From: Clostridia bacterium
GTDB lineage: Bacteria; Bacillota; Clostridia; CAKSNL01; HGM11501
Direction of reading: 5' to 3'
NCBI GenBank assembly: GCA_045545475.1
Contig: JAZQAZ010000008.1
Location: 1 to 64,000, forward strand
DNA: 64,000 nt
The stretch's first letter is position 1, and every line of letters starts with the position of its first letter. Below the pieces are notes generated by a model. The model did not search any database. It was not told the DNA's origin and saw only the letters and a list, made by a program, of their open reading frames with translations. Below, piece by piece: positions 52,371 to 62,594 of the stretch. The position numbers and the translations under genes are program-made.

Positions 52371-54359
52371 ATGACTAATGTATTATATTTTTCTGTTGTA
52401 TCTGCATTGATAGCTTTGTTTTTTGCGGTTTTCACAGCCATACATATTGCAAAGCAGGATGCAGGCAATGAAAAAATGAAAAAAATTGCAAGATACATTG
52501 CAGATGGAGCTATGGCCTTTATAAAGCGGGAATATTCCGTTATTTTTGTTTTTATGGTTTTATTAGCGGTTGTTATTGCCCTTTTTCTTGGCTTGGGAAC
52601 TTCCTTTTGCTTTGTTTTCGGGGCGTTGAGCTCAATGCTGGCAGGATTTATTGGCATGAAGGTTGCAACACTTGCAAATGTCAGAACGGCAAAAGCTGCT
52701 GAAAAAGGATTACATCCTGCACTTAAGGTGGCTTTTTCAGGCGGAAGCGTTATGGGACTTTGCGTAGTAGGCTTGGGACTTTTCGGAATTTCTTTATCAT
52801 GGATTCTTTTCAGAAACAGTCTTGATGCGGCGAATATTATAACCGGATATTCTCTCGGAGCAAGTTTTATTGCATTGTTCTCCAGAGTCGGAGGCGGTAT
52901 ATATACCAAAGCGGCCGATGTTGGTGCCGATCTTGTGGGCAAGGTTGAAGCAGGAATTCCTGAGGATGATCCGAGAAATCCCGCTGTTATAGCCGATAAC
53001 GTGGGAGATAATGTGGGTGACGTGGCAGGAATGGGTGCTGACCTTTTTGAATCCTATGTGGGTTCTGTAATATCTGTGATTTCGCTTGCAATGCTTGCAC
53101 TGGGTAATGCATCGCAGATTAAAGATGGCTATATTATATATACATTTGCTCTTGCGGCAGCCGGAATACTTTCCTCTGTTATAGGTACTGTTTTTGTTAA
53201 GCTGTTAAAGAAAACTCTGCCTCAGACAGCACTTAATGTTGGAGAATATAGCTCGATGCTTATTTTTGCTGTTGCGGCTTTAATATTAAGCGGAAATATA
53301 CTGGAGTCTTTTAATCCGGCGATAGTTGTAATATCTGGTCTTTTGGCCGGCGGAATAATAGGCAAGGTTACAGAAATTTACACTTCTTCGGATTACGGCA
53401 GTGTAAAGAAAATAGCAGAACAGTCAAAAACAGGATCGGCCACGAACATAATTTCCGGACTTTCTGTAGGAATGATGAGTACAGCAATTCCGATTTTAAT
53501 AATAGGTTTGGCGATTTTTGTGGCAGACTTTTTTGATCCAGAGATGGGAGTGGGCCTTGTTGCGGTCGGCATGCTTGCAACTACCGGAATGACTGTTGCG
53601 GTGGATGCATATGGGCCTATTGCTGACAATGCCGGTGGTATTGCGGAAATGTCAGGACTTTCTTCTGATGTCAGAAAAAATACCGATAATCTTGATGCTG
53701 TAGGAAATACTACTGCGGCTATAGGAAAAGGCTTTGCAATTGGAAGTGCGGCACTTACGGCAATTGCTTTGTTCAAGTCATATTGTGCGGCATCGGGACT
53801 TTCCGGAATTGATATTTCTGAACCTAAGACAGTTATCGGACTTTTAATAGGAGCGATGCTTCCTTTCCTTTTTTCAGCACTTACCATTAATGCTGTTTCA
53901 AAGGCGGCAAATGCAATGATTATTGAAGTTAGAAGACAGTTTAGAAAAATTGCAGGAATACTGGAAGGAACAGCCGAGCCTGATTACGTGAAGTGTGTCG
54001 ATATAAGTACAGGTGCAGCGTTGAAAAGTATGGTGCTTCCTGCAATTTTAGCCGTGGCAGCTCCGCTTCTTACCGGTATGGTTATTGGAGCTGAAGCTTT
54101 GGGTGGCCTTTTAGCAGGTGCACTTGCAAGTGGCGTAATGCTTGCGATATTCATGTCCAATTCGGGTGGAGCGTGGGATAACGCTAAAAAGTATATTGAA
54201 ACCGGCGAAAGTGAAGGAAAGGGCAGTGAGGCACATAAAGCTTCGGTTATCGGAGATACAGTGGGTGATCCTTTGAAAGATACAGCAGGTCCTTCGATTA
54301 ATATACTGATAAAGCTTATGAGCATTGTTGCTTTGGTATTTGCCCCCTTGTTCATGTAG
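52371..54359 (+). CDS. hppA: Membrane pyrophosphatase, K+-dependent, probably Na+-translocating
   Basis: [54 protein letters not shown]. Confidence 0.93.
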   Translation: MTNVLYFSVVSALIALFFAVFTAIHIAKQDAGNEKMKKIARYIADGAMAFIKREYSVIFVFMVLLAVVIALFLGLGTSFCFVFGALSSMLAGFIGMKVATLANVRTAKAAEKGLHPALKVAFSGGSVMGLCVVGLGLFGISLSWILFRNSLDAANIITGYSLGASFIALFSRVGGGIYTKAADVGADLVGKVEAGIPEDDPRNPAVIADNVGDNVGDVAGMGADLFESYVGSVISVISLAMLALGNASQIKDGYIIYTFALAAAGILSSVIGTVFVKLLKKTLPQTALNVGEYSSMLIFAVAALILSGNILESFNPAIVVISGLLAGGIIGKVTEIYTSSDYGSVKKIAEQSKTGSATNIISGLSVGMMSTAIPILIIGLAIFVADFFDPEMGVGLVAVGMLATTGMTVAVDAYGPIADNAGGIAEMSGLSSDVRKNTDNLDAVGNTTAAIGKGFAIGSAALTAIALFKSYCAASGLSGIDISEPKTVIGLLIGAMLPFLFSALTINAVSKAANAMIIEVRRQFRKIAGILEGTAEPDYVKCVDISTGAALKSMVLPAILAVAAPLLTGMVIGAEALGGLLAGALASGVMLAIFMSNSGGAWDNAKKYIETGESEGKGSEAHKASVIGDTVGDPLKDTAGPSINILIKLMSIVALVFAPLFM

Positions 54360-54464
54360 ATAAAAAGAGCCCTAACAGGCTCTTTTTAATTTGCTCTATA
54401 CCTTGACATTAATTCCGATATTTGGTATAATCAAAAGCAGAATGAAGCGGAAAGAGGGAGTTTT

Positions 54465-55556
54465 ATGAAGACAGTTATGCTGGTTTTCGGCACAAGACCG
54501 GAAGCTATTAAAATGTGTCCGTTAGTAAATGAACTTAAAACAAGAGAAAGTATAAAAACAGTGGTTTGTGTAACCGGTCAGCACAGACAGATGCTTGATC
54601 AGGTATTGGAGGCTTTTTCTGTAGTTCCTGATTATGATCTTTCGATAATGAAAGACAAGCAGACTCTTTTTGATATAACAACAAATATATTAAACGGAAT
54701 AAAAGGCGTACTTGAAGAGGTTAAGCCTGATGTTGTATTGGTACACGGAGATACATCCACTACTTTTGTAACAGCTCTTGCTTGCTTTTATCTTCAAATA
54801 CCGGTTGGTCATGTTGAAGCAGGACTTAGAACATATAATATATATTCACCGTTCCCGGAAGAGTTTAACCGTCAGGCGGTAGGGATTGTTGCAAAGTATA
54901 ATTTTTCGCCTACAGAGCTTTCAAAAGAGAATCTTCTTAAAGAAGGAAAGGATCCTGAAAGTATTTATGTAACGGGAAACACAGCAATAGATGCTCTTAA
55001 GACAACGGTAAGAGAGGATTATACACATCCTGAACTTGAATGGGCCGAAGGTTCCCGTCTTATAACAATCACAGCACACAGAAGAGAAAATCTCGGAGAA
55101 CCGATGCATAATATGTTTCGTGCAATACGAAGAATAATGGACGAGCATCCGGATGTTAAAGCAATTTATCCAATTCATATGAATCCTGCAGTAAGAAAGG
55201 CAGCGGAAGAAGAACTGGGCGGATGTGACAGAATCAGAATTATTGAGCCGCTTGAAGTGCTTGATTTCCATAATTTTCTCGCCAGAAGCTATCTTATTTT
55301 AACCGACTCCGGCGGAATACAGGAAGAGGCCCCTTCGCTTGGAAAGCCGGTTCTTGTAATGCGTGATACCACAGAACGACCGGAGGGAATAGCGGCAGGG
55401 ACGTTAAAGCTTGTCGGAACCGATGAAGCTTTTATATATCAAAACTTTAAAGAACTTCTGGAAAATGAGGAAGCGTATGAAAAAATGAGCAAGGCATCCA
55501 ATCCTTACGGAGATGGATTTGCATGTAAGAGAATTGCAGATATACTTGAAAAATGA
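54465..55556 (+). CDS. wecB: UDP-N-acetylglucosamine 2-epimerase (non-hydrolysing)
   Basis: FGTRPEAIKM, TGQH, HGDT, HVEAGLR, HRREN, TDSGGIQEEAP, NPYGDG. Confidence 0.95.
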   Translation: MKTVMLVFGTRPEAIKMCPLVNELKTRESIKTVVCVTGQHRQMLDQVLEAFSVVPDYDLSIMKDKQTLFDITTNILNGIKGVLEEVKPDVVLVHGDTSTTFVTALACFYLQIPVGHVEAGLRTYNIYSPFPEEFNRQAVGIVAKYNFSPTELSKENLLKEGKDPESIYVTGNTAIDALKTTVREDYTHPELEWAEGSRLITITAHRRENLGEPMHNMFRAIRRIMDEHPDVKAIYPIHMNPAVRKAAEEELGGCDRIRIIEPLEVLDFHNFLARSYLILTDSGGIQEEAPSLGKPVLVMRDTTERPEGIAAGTLKLVGTDEAFIYQNFKELLENEEAYEKMSKASNPYGDGFACKRIADILEK

Positions 55557-55703
55557 AAAATAAATGCAACATTTCTAATGTTGCATTTATTTTTTTGAAA
55601 ATATGTAAAAAAAGTCTTCCATATTTGAAAAAAATGTAGTATAATAATAGTTAGTAAAATTATTTTTTTTAAAATGACATCAGGGATATGAGGAGGGGTA
55701 TTT

Positions 55704-56558
55704 ATGAGTGAGTTTTTCTCGTCTGTATGGATGCATATTACACAATTTTTCGGCATGCTTAAAATCAATGACATTATAGATATGCTTATAATTGCCGTGG
55801 CATTTTACTATATTGGTACATATATGATTGAGACAAAAGCATGGCAGTCTCTTAAGGTGGTAATGGTAATTATAGTTCTTACGCCTATCAGTGCTTTTTT
55901 GCAACTTAATACAGTTAGTTTCTTGTTGGAAAGCGTTTTGCAGATAGGAGCAATCGCTGTTATTATCGTATTTCAGCCGGAACTAAGAAGTTTCCTTGAC
56001 AGATTGGGAAGAGGAACGAATTTGCGTAAAATGTTAAGTCCCGGAATTATGATTGAAAAGGACAGTATTGATTCTATTGTCCGTGCGGTGAGCAATATGT
56101 CCGTTGCGTCCACCGGTGCTCTGATTGTATTTGAAAAACAAAAGAAGCTTGATTCGGTAATAAGCGTAAAAGGAACGGAGATTGATGCGGAAATTTCTCA
56201 GGGTCTTCTTGAAAACATATTTGTTAAAAATACACCACTGCATGATGGTGCCGTAATTATAAAAAATGAAAAAATTGCATATGCCCAGAGTATACTGCCA
56301 CTTTCTGAAAATGCTGTAATAAGCACCGAGCTTGGCACTCGACACAGAGCGGCCATAGGCGTTACCGAAAAAAGCGATGCAATTGCTGTTGTGGTATCTG
56401 AAGAAACCGGAAAAATATCCTATGCGAAGGACGGAGGACTTCACCGAGATATAACCCCTGAAAACTTAAGAGAGGTTTTAACCATTGAATTTTCCGGCAA
56501 GACTCCGGTGGAAAGCGATCTTAAAGGGATCTTTAAGCGAGGTAACGGAAATGACTAA
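55704..56558 (+). CDS. cdaA: Diadenylate cyclase CdaA (DacA)
   Basis: Three N-terminal TM segments, FQPELR, TPLHDGA, GTRHRAA, VSEETG. Confidence 0.95.
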   Translation: MSEFFSSVWMHITQFFGMLKINDIIDMLIIAVAFYYIGTYMIETKAWQSLKVVMVIIVLTPISAFLQLNTVSFLLESVLQIGAIAVIIVFQPELRSFLDRLGRGTNLRKMLSPGIMIEKDSIDSIVRAVSNMSVASTGALIVFEKQKKLDSVISVKGTEIDAEISQGLLENIFVKNTPLHDGAVIIKNEKIAYAQSILPLSENAVISTELGTRHRAAIGVTEKSDAIAVVVSEETGKISYAKDGGLHRDITPENLREVLTIEFSGKTPVESDLKGIFKRGNGND

Positions 56559-57525
56559 AGAACATAAAAATATGAAAAATGCGGAAGAAAAGTCAAGTGG
56601 CGGAAGAAAATTTTTAGGTAAGGCACTTTGTGTATTGCTTGCAGTTATTTTATGGGTTTATGTATCATACGATAAAAAACCCGATACAGCGAAGGAGTTT
56701 ACAAATATTCCTGTTACACTCACGGGAATTGAGGTTCTTGAAAGTAGAAATTTAACCGTTTTAAGCAATGATATGTTCGTTAAAGTTAAACTTTCGGGTA
56801 CAAGAAGCATTCTGTCCAGAGTAAATAAAAAAGATATTAAGGCGATAGTGGATTTATCCGACACGACCTCATTGGGAGAACAGTATCCGATGGTTACAAT
56901 AGCGGGAATTCCTGATGCTCTGAGTGTGGAGGAGAAAAAAATCGTCTCCGGTAAATTGCTTATTGATAACCTGGTAAAGAAAAACCTTGATTTGAATATT
57001 GAGGTTACGGGAAAGATGGCGGACTCGGTTGTTGAAGGAGAAAAAACAGTCAGTCCGACCCAGGTGACCATACGCGGACCTGAAAGCACATTAAAGAGTG
57101 TGACAGCGTGGACAACAGCAGTGGATGTAAGCAAAATTAGTCAAAGCGTAAACACATTTACAACAGGTATTGTGCTGAAAAGTGCAAGCGGAGAAGCGAT
57201 AGATACAGACATGATAACGCTTTCTGAAACATCTGCCACTGTTACAATGAAGTGCAGAGGGAAAAAAGAACTGGAAGTAAATATTCCTGAGATTATAGGA
57301 AGTAAGGCAGGGTATAATATAACTGTTGAAAAGATAGAGCCTGAAACGGTTATGGTTGTAGGCCCAATTGAGGAAATAAGCCTTTTAGGATCTGTTAACG
57401 TTGAGCCTATAGATGCATACAGTGCAACAGAAAATGTAAGAACTGAAATAATCTTGCCTGAAAATACCGAATGTGAAACAACAAAAATAAATGTAAAATT
57501 AAACTTCACGATGGTGGGAGAATAA
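56551..57525 (+). CDS. cdaR: CdaR (YbbR-domain) regulator
   Basis: Single TM (LAVILWVYV) then YbbR-like repeats (P..V...GP); overlaps the cdaA stop. Confidence 0.85.
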   Translation: MTKEHKNMKNAEEKSSGGRKFLGKALCVLLAVILWVYVSYDKKPDTAKEFTNIPVTLTGIEVLESRNLTVLSNDMFVKVKLSGTRSILSRVNKKDIKAIVDLSDTTSLGEQYPMVTIAGIPDALSVEEKKIVSGKLLIDNLVKKNLDLNIEVTGKMADSVVEGEKTVSPTQVTIRGPESTLKSVTAWTTAVDVSKISQSVNTFTTGIVLKSASGEAIDTDMITLSETSATVTMKCRGKKELEVNIPEIIGSKAGYNITVEKIEPETVMVVGPIEEISLLGSVNVEPIDAYSATENVRTEIILPENTECETTKINVKLNFTMVGE

Positions 57526-57639
57526 TAATCCTGTATTAATAAGGGAAAAAGATTAAAATATATATGTATTGGCAAAAAAAGTATTGACAATTAAAGAAAA
57601 AGATTGTATAATATACTTTGCTTGCAGAGAGGAATTTGT

Positions 57640-58128
57640 ATGATTGTTGATATTAGCAAAGTAAAAAATTCTGAAGGCAAGATAACCTTGAACGAAATTG
57701 CTGAATTCGGGACGGTCACTTTTAGTGGCGGAACATATAAGTTTTCAGAAGTTTCTGTTAAAGGTTCAATTATAAATATCGGCGGAAGTCTGGAGCTTAA
57801 AGCAACAGTAACCGGAGAGTACGAAACTCCATGTGCAAGGTGCTTGAAGCCTGTAATGAGCAGCTTTGACGCAGATATTTATGAGGATCTTACCGGGGAA
57901 GATGCAAACGAAGAGCTTATTGTCAAAAATGGCAATGAGTGGAACTTGGCGGAACTTGTCTTAAGTGATATTTTACTTGAGTTGCCGATGGTTGTATTGT
58001 GCTCGGAAGACTGTAAAGGTTTTTGCCCTACATGTGGGAAAAATCTTAACAGTGGGACCTGTTCTTGCGAAAGTGAAGAATGGGATTCAAGATTCGACAT
58101 ATTAAAAAACTTCAAAGCTGACTTATAA
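57640..58128 (+). CDS. YceD/DUF177 family protein
   Basis: C.RCL, LC..DCKG.C..CG.NLN...C.C, D.R...LK; precedes rpmF. Confidence 0.92.
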   Translation: MIVDISKVKNSEGKITLNEIAEFGTVTFSGGTYKFSEVSVKGSIINIGGSLELKATVTGEYETPCARCLKPVMSSFDADIYEDLTGEDANEELIVKNGNEWNLAELVLSDILLELPMVVLCSEDCKGFCPTCGKNLNSGTCSCESEEWDSRFDILKNFKADL

Positions 58129-58146
58129 TTTATGGAGGTGTAGAAA

Positions 58147-58326
58147 ATGGCAGTACCGAAGGGTAAAATCTCTAAAGCAAAAAAGCATTCCAGAAGAGCT
58201 AATTGGAGACTTAGCGTTCCCGGAATGATAAAGTGCGCTCAGTGCGGCGAATATAAAATGCCTCACAGAATTTGTCCTGCTTGCGGTTATTACAACGGCA
58301 AGGAAATCGTAAAGAAAGAAGCGTAA
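58147..58326 (+). CDS. rpmF: 50S ribosomal protein L32 (not in the supplied ORF track)
   Basis: MAVPKGKISKAKKHSRRANW...CAQCGEYKMPHRICPACGYYNGKEIVKKEA*; GGAGG RBS. Confidence 0.96.
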   Translation: MAVPKGKISKAKKHSRRANWRLSVPGMIKCAQCGEYKMPHRICPACGYYNGKEIVKKEA

Positions 58327-58333
58327 GTGAAAT

Positions 58334-58360
58334 AAAAAGAACACCAAAGGTGTTCTTTTT
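58334..58360 (+). terminator. Terminator after rpmF
   Basis: AAAAAGAACACC-AAA-GGTGTTCTTTTT. Confidence 0.8.
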
Positions 58361-58462
58361 TATTTTGGTTTGACATATGGAAAAATAGGGTTATAATATA
58401 CTTATAGAGAAAAAATTTAATGCTTGGAAAATACTAAAAATAAAATGAAAGGAAGCATTAGT

Positions 58463-59536
58463 GTGTATAATCTTTTGGATTACATTAATTGGCGCGGAGA
58501 TTTAAGTTTCTCGGATAATCCCTTTAACGAAGTTGATAATCTGATTTTCACTCAACTTTCATACCTGGATTTTTCGGGGATAGTTTCGGGAAATTTAACA
58601 GAATATATAACTCTCGAAGAGGCATGGAATAAATATAGCAAAATCGGGAGAAGGCCTGAAAGTATTATTTTGCCTGAAGAGATTTACGGAATGTTTAAGT
58701 CTATGGCTCACACTAACCGTTTCTCAAAGATAAAACTGTCCGGATTTGTTTCTAACCATGACGAAGAAACAGAAAAACAGTTTGCGGCACTTTGTATAAG
58801 TTTTGATAAAAAGATATATGTTTCGTTCCGTGGAACAGATGACAGCCTGATAGGCTGGAAGGAGGACTTTAATCTTGCTTTCATGGAATCAGTTCCTGCA
58901 CAGAGAGATGCATCTTCCTATCTTAACAAGGTGATGAAAGATATTTTGTTTCTTCCCGTATATATAGGAGGTCATTCCAAAGGAGGAAATCTTTCTGTAT
59001 ATGCGGCGATGCACTGTAAAAAAATTCATAAAAGAAGAATTAAGAAGATTTTTACAAACGATAGTCCGGGGTTTCTTGAGAAAGTTGTTAACAGTAAAGA
59101 ATATTTTGAAACTGCCGAAAAAATCTTCAGTATTGTTCCGGAGGGTTCAATAATAGGCCAGCTTTTAAGCCATGGAAGGATGGATGACGTTTTCGTAAAA
59201 AGTAAAAGCTCGATGCTGCGTCAGCATGATCCCTTTACTTGGGAAGTTTTGGGAAACGAATTTGTAAAGGCCCCGGGATTGAACGAGCAAAGCAAAAAGG
59301 TGGACAATGTTATCTCCTCATGGCTGTCAAAATTGAATAAAGAGGAAAGAGAAAGTCTTGTTGAAGCTATATTTGAACTTTTCACGGTGACAGAGGCAAA
59401 AAATCTTGCAGATATTATGAATGATAAACTGGGATTTTTAAGAGCATTAGGAAAGCTCAGCAAGGAATCCAGAAAAGATATAGGGAAAAATATTGGGCAA
59501 ATAATTGAAGAAATAGCAAAAATTAAGGCAAGATAG
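58463..59536 (+). CDS. DUF2974 (Mbeg1-like) alpha/beta hydrolase
   Basis: DY..WRGD, FNEVD, FRGTD....GWKED, GHSKGGN, D.PG, QH..F.W; start uncertain (GTG 58463 or ATG 58445). Confidence 0.88.
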   Translation: MYNLLDYINWRGDLSFSDNPFNEVDNLIFTQLSYLDFSGIVSGNLTEYITLEEAWNKYSKIGRRPESIILPEEIYGMFKSMAHTNRFSKIKLSGFVSNHDEETEKQFAALCISFDKKIYVSFRGTDDSLIGWKEDFNLAFMESVPAQRDASSYLNKVMKDILFLPVYIGGHSKGGNLSVYAAMHCKKIHKRRIKKIFTNDSPGFLEKVVNSKEYFETAEKIFSIVPEGSIIGQLLSHGRMDDVFVKSKSSMLRQHDPFTWEVLGNEFVKAPGLNEQSKKVDNVISSWLSKLNKEERESLVEAIFELFTVTEAKNLADIMNDKLGFLRALGKLSKESRKDIGKNIGQIIEEIAKIKAR

Positions 59537-59608
59537 TAATAAAAGTTTTGACTTGTAGGAAAAAAGATGATAGAATAAAATGGTAAATTTAGTATGAGAG
59601 GTCTTTTT

Positions 59609-60736
59609 ATGAAAAAACTTGGATTGGGACTCATGCGTCTTCCGCTTATTGAAGAAAATAATTCGGCTAAAATTGATATTGAAGCCACAAAAGTGATGGT
59701 TGATGAGTTTCTTGAAAACGGCTTTAATTATTTTGATACTGCCTGGATGTATCATTCTTATATGAGCGAAAATGCAGTAAAAGAAGTTCTTACAAGCAGA
59801 CATAAAAGGGATGAATTTCTTCTTGCAACAAAGCTTCATGCAAATTATGTTAAATCTTTTGAAGACAGGGATAGGATATTTGCCGAACAAAAAGAGAAAA
59901 CAGGAGTGTCATATTTCGACTACTACCTTTTGCACGATGTAAGAGAAGCTCATCTTTCTATATATGAAAAATACGATTGCTTCAACTGGCTTTGCGAAAA
60001 GAAAAATGCCGGAGAAGTTAAAAATATAGGTTTTTCTTTTCACGATAATGCCGAATTTCTTGACAAGGTTTTAACTAAGTATCCGTTTGTGGACTTTGTT
60101 CAGTTACAGCTTAACTATCTTGATTGGGACAATGAGTCTATTCAGTCACGAAAGTGTTATGAAGTTGCGGAAAAGCACGGCAAAAAAATAATAGTCATGG
60201 AACCTGTAAAGGGAGGAACTTTAGCTAAACTTCCAAATGAAGCGGAAGAACTTTTGAAATCATATAACTCTGAAGTATCTGTGCCCTCATGGGCATTACG
60301 CTTTGTGGCATCGCTTCCAAATGTTATTATGGTTCTTTCAGGAATGAGTAATTTATCTCAGCTTAGGGATAATATGAAAACTTTTGATAATTTAACTCCT
60401 GTATCAAAGGAGGAAAAAAGACTTCTTAAAGAGGTCGTAGCGATAATTAACAAGGATTCGGTAATCCCGTGTACCGGATGTGCATACTGCATTGACGGAT
60501 GTCCGAAAAGGATTGCTATACCAAAATATTTTGAACTTTATAATGCAGAAATGCAGGAAGCGGAGGGGAAGGGTTGGAGTCCGCAGATTGCATATTATGA
60601 AAATATGATAAAAACTTTCGGAAAAGCCAGCGACTGTATAGGTTGCGGTACCTGTGAAGATGTCTGCCCGCAGAATCTTCCCATAACAAGGTATCTTAAA
60701 TCTATTGCAAAAAGCTTTGAAGAAGTTGAAAATTAA
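59609..60736 (+). CDS. Aldo/keto reductase with C-terminal 4Fe-4S domain
   Basis: LG.G.MRLP, YFDTA..Y, GFSFH, MEPVKGG, LSGMS, CT.C.YC...CP, C..CG.CE..CPQ. Confidence 0.92.
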   Translation: MKKLGLGLMRLPLIEENNSAKIDIEATKVMVDEFLENGFNYFDTAWMYHSYMSENAVKEVLTSRHKRDEFLLATKLHANYVKSFEDRDRIFAEQKEKTGVSYFDYYLLHDVREAHLSIYEKYDCFNWLCEKKNAGEVKNIGFSFHDNAEFLDKVLTKYPFVDFVQLQLNYLDWDNESIQSRKCYEVAEKHGKKIIVMEPVKGGTLAKLPNEAEELLKSYNSEVSVPSWALRFVASLPNVIMVLSGMSNLSQLRDNMKTFDNLTPVSKEEKRLLKEVVAIINKDSVIPCTGCAYCIDGCPKRIAIPKYFELYNAEMQEAEGKGWSPQIAYYENMIKTFGKASDCIGCGTCEDVCPQNLPITRYLKSIAKSFEEVEN

Positions 60737-60760
60737 TAAATTTTTAAGGAGGAATAATAA

Positions 60761-61300
60761 ATGGCAAACAAGTATGCAGGAACAAAGACAGAGAAAAATC
60801 TGGAGGCGGCTTTTGCAGGTGAATCCCAGGCAAGAAACAAGTATACATATTTCGCTTCCAAGGCTAAGAAAGAGGGCTTTGAGCAGATAGCGGCTCTTTT
60901 CTTAAAGACAGCGGACAACGAAAAGGAACATGCTAAAATGTGGTTTAAGGAGCTTAACGGAATCGGCGATACCGCTGAAAACCTGCTCCACGCTGCCGAG
61001 GGCGAAAACTATGAATGGACCGATATGTATGACGGATTTGCAAAAACTGCAGAGGAAGAAGGCTTCACCGAGCTTGCAGCAAAGTTCCGTCTTGTTGCGG
61101 CAATTGAAAAGCATCACGAGGAAAGATACAGAGCGCTTCTTAAGAATGTTGAAACTGCCGAAGTTTTCAAAAAGAGCGAAGTTAAAGTTTGGGAATGCAG
61201 GAATTGCGGTCACATCGTGGTTGGAACGGACGCTCCTGAAATTTGTCCCACATGTGCTCATCCCCAGAGCTATTTTGAAGTTCACGCAGAAAATTATTAA
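60761..61300 (+). CDS. rbr: Rubrerythrin
   Basis: [14 protein letters not shown] diiron motifs, W.C.NCG...CP.C.HP rubredoxin domain. Confidence 0.95.
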   Translation: MANKYAGTKTEKNLEAAFAGESQARNKYTYFASKAKKEGFEQIAALFLKTADNEKEHAKMWFKELNGIGDTAENLLHAAEGENYEWTDMYDGFAKTAEEEGFTELAAKFRLVAAIEKHHEERYRALLKNVETAEVFKKSEVKVWECRNCGHIVVGTDAPEICPTCAHPQSYFEVHAENY

Positions 61301-61301
61301 T

Positions 61302-61336
61302 AAAATAAAAAACGCCCATGGGGCGTTTTTTATTTT
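61302..61336. terminator. Bidirectional terminator
   Basis: AAAATAAAAAACGCCC-ATG-GGGCGTTTTTTATTTT. Confidence 0.8.
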
Positions 61337-62160
61337 ATAACACATTTTGATTTAACATCACCGTCAAGGATGATTTCGCCGTAGGAATCGGCACTTATTA
61401 GTCCTGAAAGAGGGTTCTTCACACTTTCGACGTTTCCCTTTATAGTTGCATTAACGTGGCTACGTTCAAATGAAAGGTCACATCCTGTCATTTCGCAATC
61501 TTCTAATATAAGTCCTTTTGCATAGCAAAGGGGCTGTGTGCCTTCTATGCGGCAACGGATAAGGTGAAGGTTTTCTGAATACCAACCAAGATATTCTCCT
61601 TTTATAACACTGTCTTCTACTGTTACGTTCTTTGCATGCCAGAAAGCATCTTTCGTATCAAGAACGGAATTTTTTACAGTGACATTTTTTACATACTGGA
61701 ATGAGTACTTTCCTTTAAGAGAAAAGTTTTTAAAAGTCAAATCACGACTTTGAAAAAACGGATATTCCCCTTTAAGAAAGGTATCGGTTAAAGAAACGCT
61801 TTTGCACATCCATCCGAATTCGGAAGAGATGATTTGAGAGGATATGACGGAAATATTTCTGCACTCTCTTAAAGCTTTGACTCCTGAAATTTTGCAGTTT
61901 TGGACATTGAGTTTTTTTGAATACCATAATGGAGCACGACAGGTTTCTTTCATTTCGGAATTTTTGATTTCTGCACCTGTAACGTGCCATAGAGGATAAC
62001 GAAGAGCAAAGGTACAATTATCGACAACAATGTTTCTGCATTCCTTGAGGGCAGATTCTCCATCGGAAGGGCCATCAAATATACATTCACTTACTTTAAT
62101 GTTTTTAGTTCCGTATAATGATCTTTCTTCGTCTAATACTAATTTTTCAACTGACTTCAT
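61330..62160 (-). CDS. DUF3737 family protein
   Basis: ER.LY, DGESALKE, LRYPLWH, GKYSFQY, TKDAFW, GEYLGW, QPLCY, DL.FE.S. Confidence 0.88.
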   Translation of the reverse strand: MKSVEKLVLDEERSLYGTKNIKVSECIFDGPSDGESALKECRNIVVDNCTFALRYPLWHVTGAEIKNSEMKETCRAPLWYSKKLNVQNCKISGVKALRECRNISVISSQIISSEFGWMCKSVSLTDTFLKGEYPFFQSRDLTFKNFSLKGKYSFQYVKNVTVKNSVLDTKDAFWHAKNVTVEDSVIKGEYLGWYSENLHLIRCRIEGTQPLCYAKGLILEDCEMTGCDLSFERSHVNATIKGNVESVKNPLSGLISADSYGEIILDGDVKSKCVIK

Positions 62161-62225
62161 AATTAAACCGCCTTATATGTAGTGAATTTATTATACTCTA
62201 TAGTAAAAAATCTGTCAATATTCAA

Positions 62226-62272
62226 TTGACAGAAGGATTTTAATGTGATAAAATATACCCACCCGGGGTATA
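62226..62272 (+). promoter_or_regulatory. Promoter and CsoR operator
   Basis: TTGACA-17 bp-TAAAAT followed by TATACCCACCCGGGGTATA (62254-62272), the C/G-tract pseudo-palindrome typical of CsoR sites. Confidence 0.85.
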
Positions 62273-62289
62273 ATGACGGAGGTGTAAAT

Positions 62290-62586
62290 ATGCATGATTG
62301 TTGTAAGAAAACAAAAATAAGAACAGAGGAAGAATATAAAAGTCTTATAAATCGTTTGAACAGAATCGAAGGGCAGATAAGAGGTATAAGGAAAATGGTG
62401 GAGTCTGATGCTTATTGTGTAGATATTTTGACTCAGGTTTCTGCAGTCAGTTCCGCTCTTCATGGCTTTAACAAAGAAATATTGGAAAGCCACATAAAAA
62501 GCTGTGTGACAGAAGATATTAAAGCAGGCAAGGAAGAAGAAACAGTTTCTGAGCTTCTTGTGACGCTCAGAAAGCTTATGAAATGA
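62290..62586 (+). CDS. csoR: Copper-sensing repressor CsoR
   Basis: RL.RIEGQIRGI..M, YC.DIL.Q, H...CV. Confidence 0.92.
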   Translation: MHDCCKKTKIRTEEEYKSLINRLNRIEGQIRGIRKMVESDAYCVDILTQVSAVSSALHGFNKEILESHIKSCVTEDIKAGKEEETVSELLVTLRKLMK

Positions 62587-62594
62587 GGCGTATT

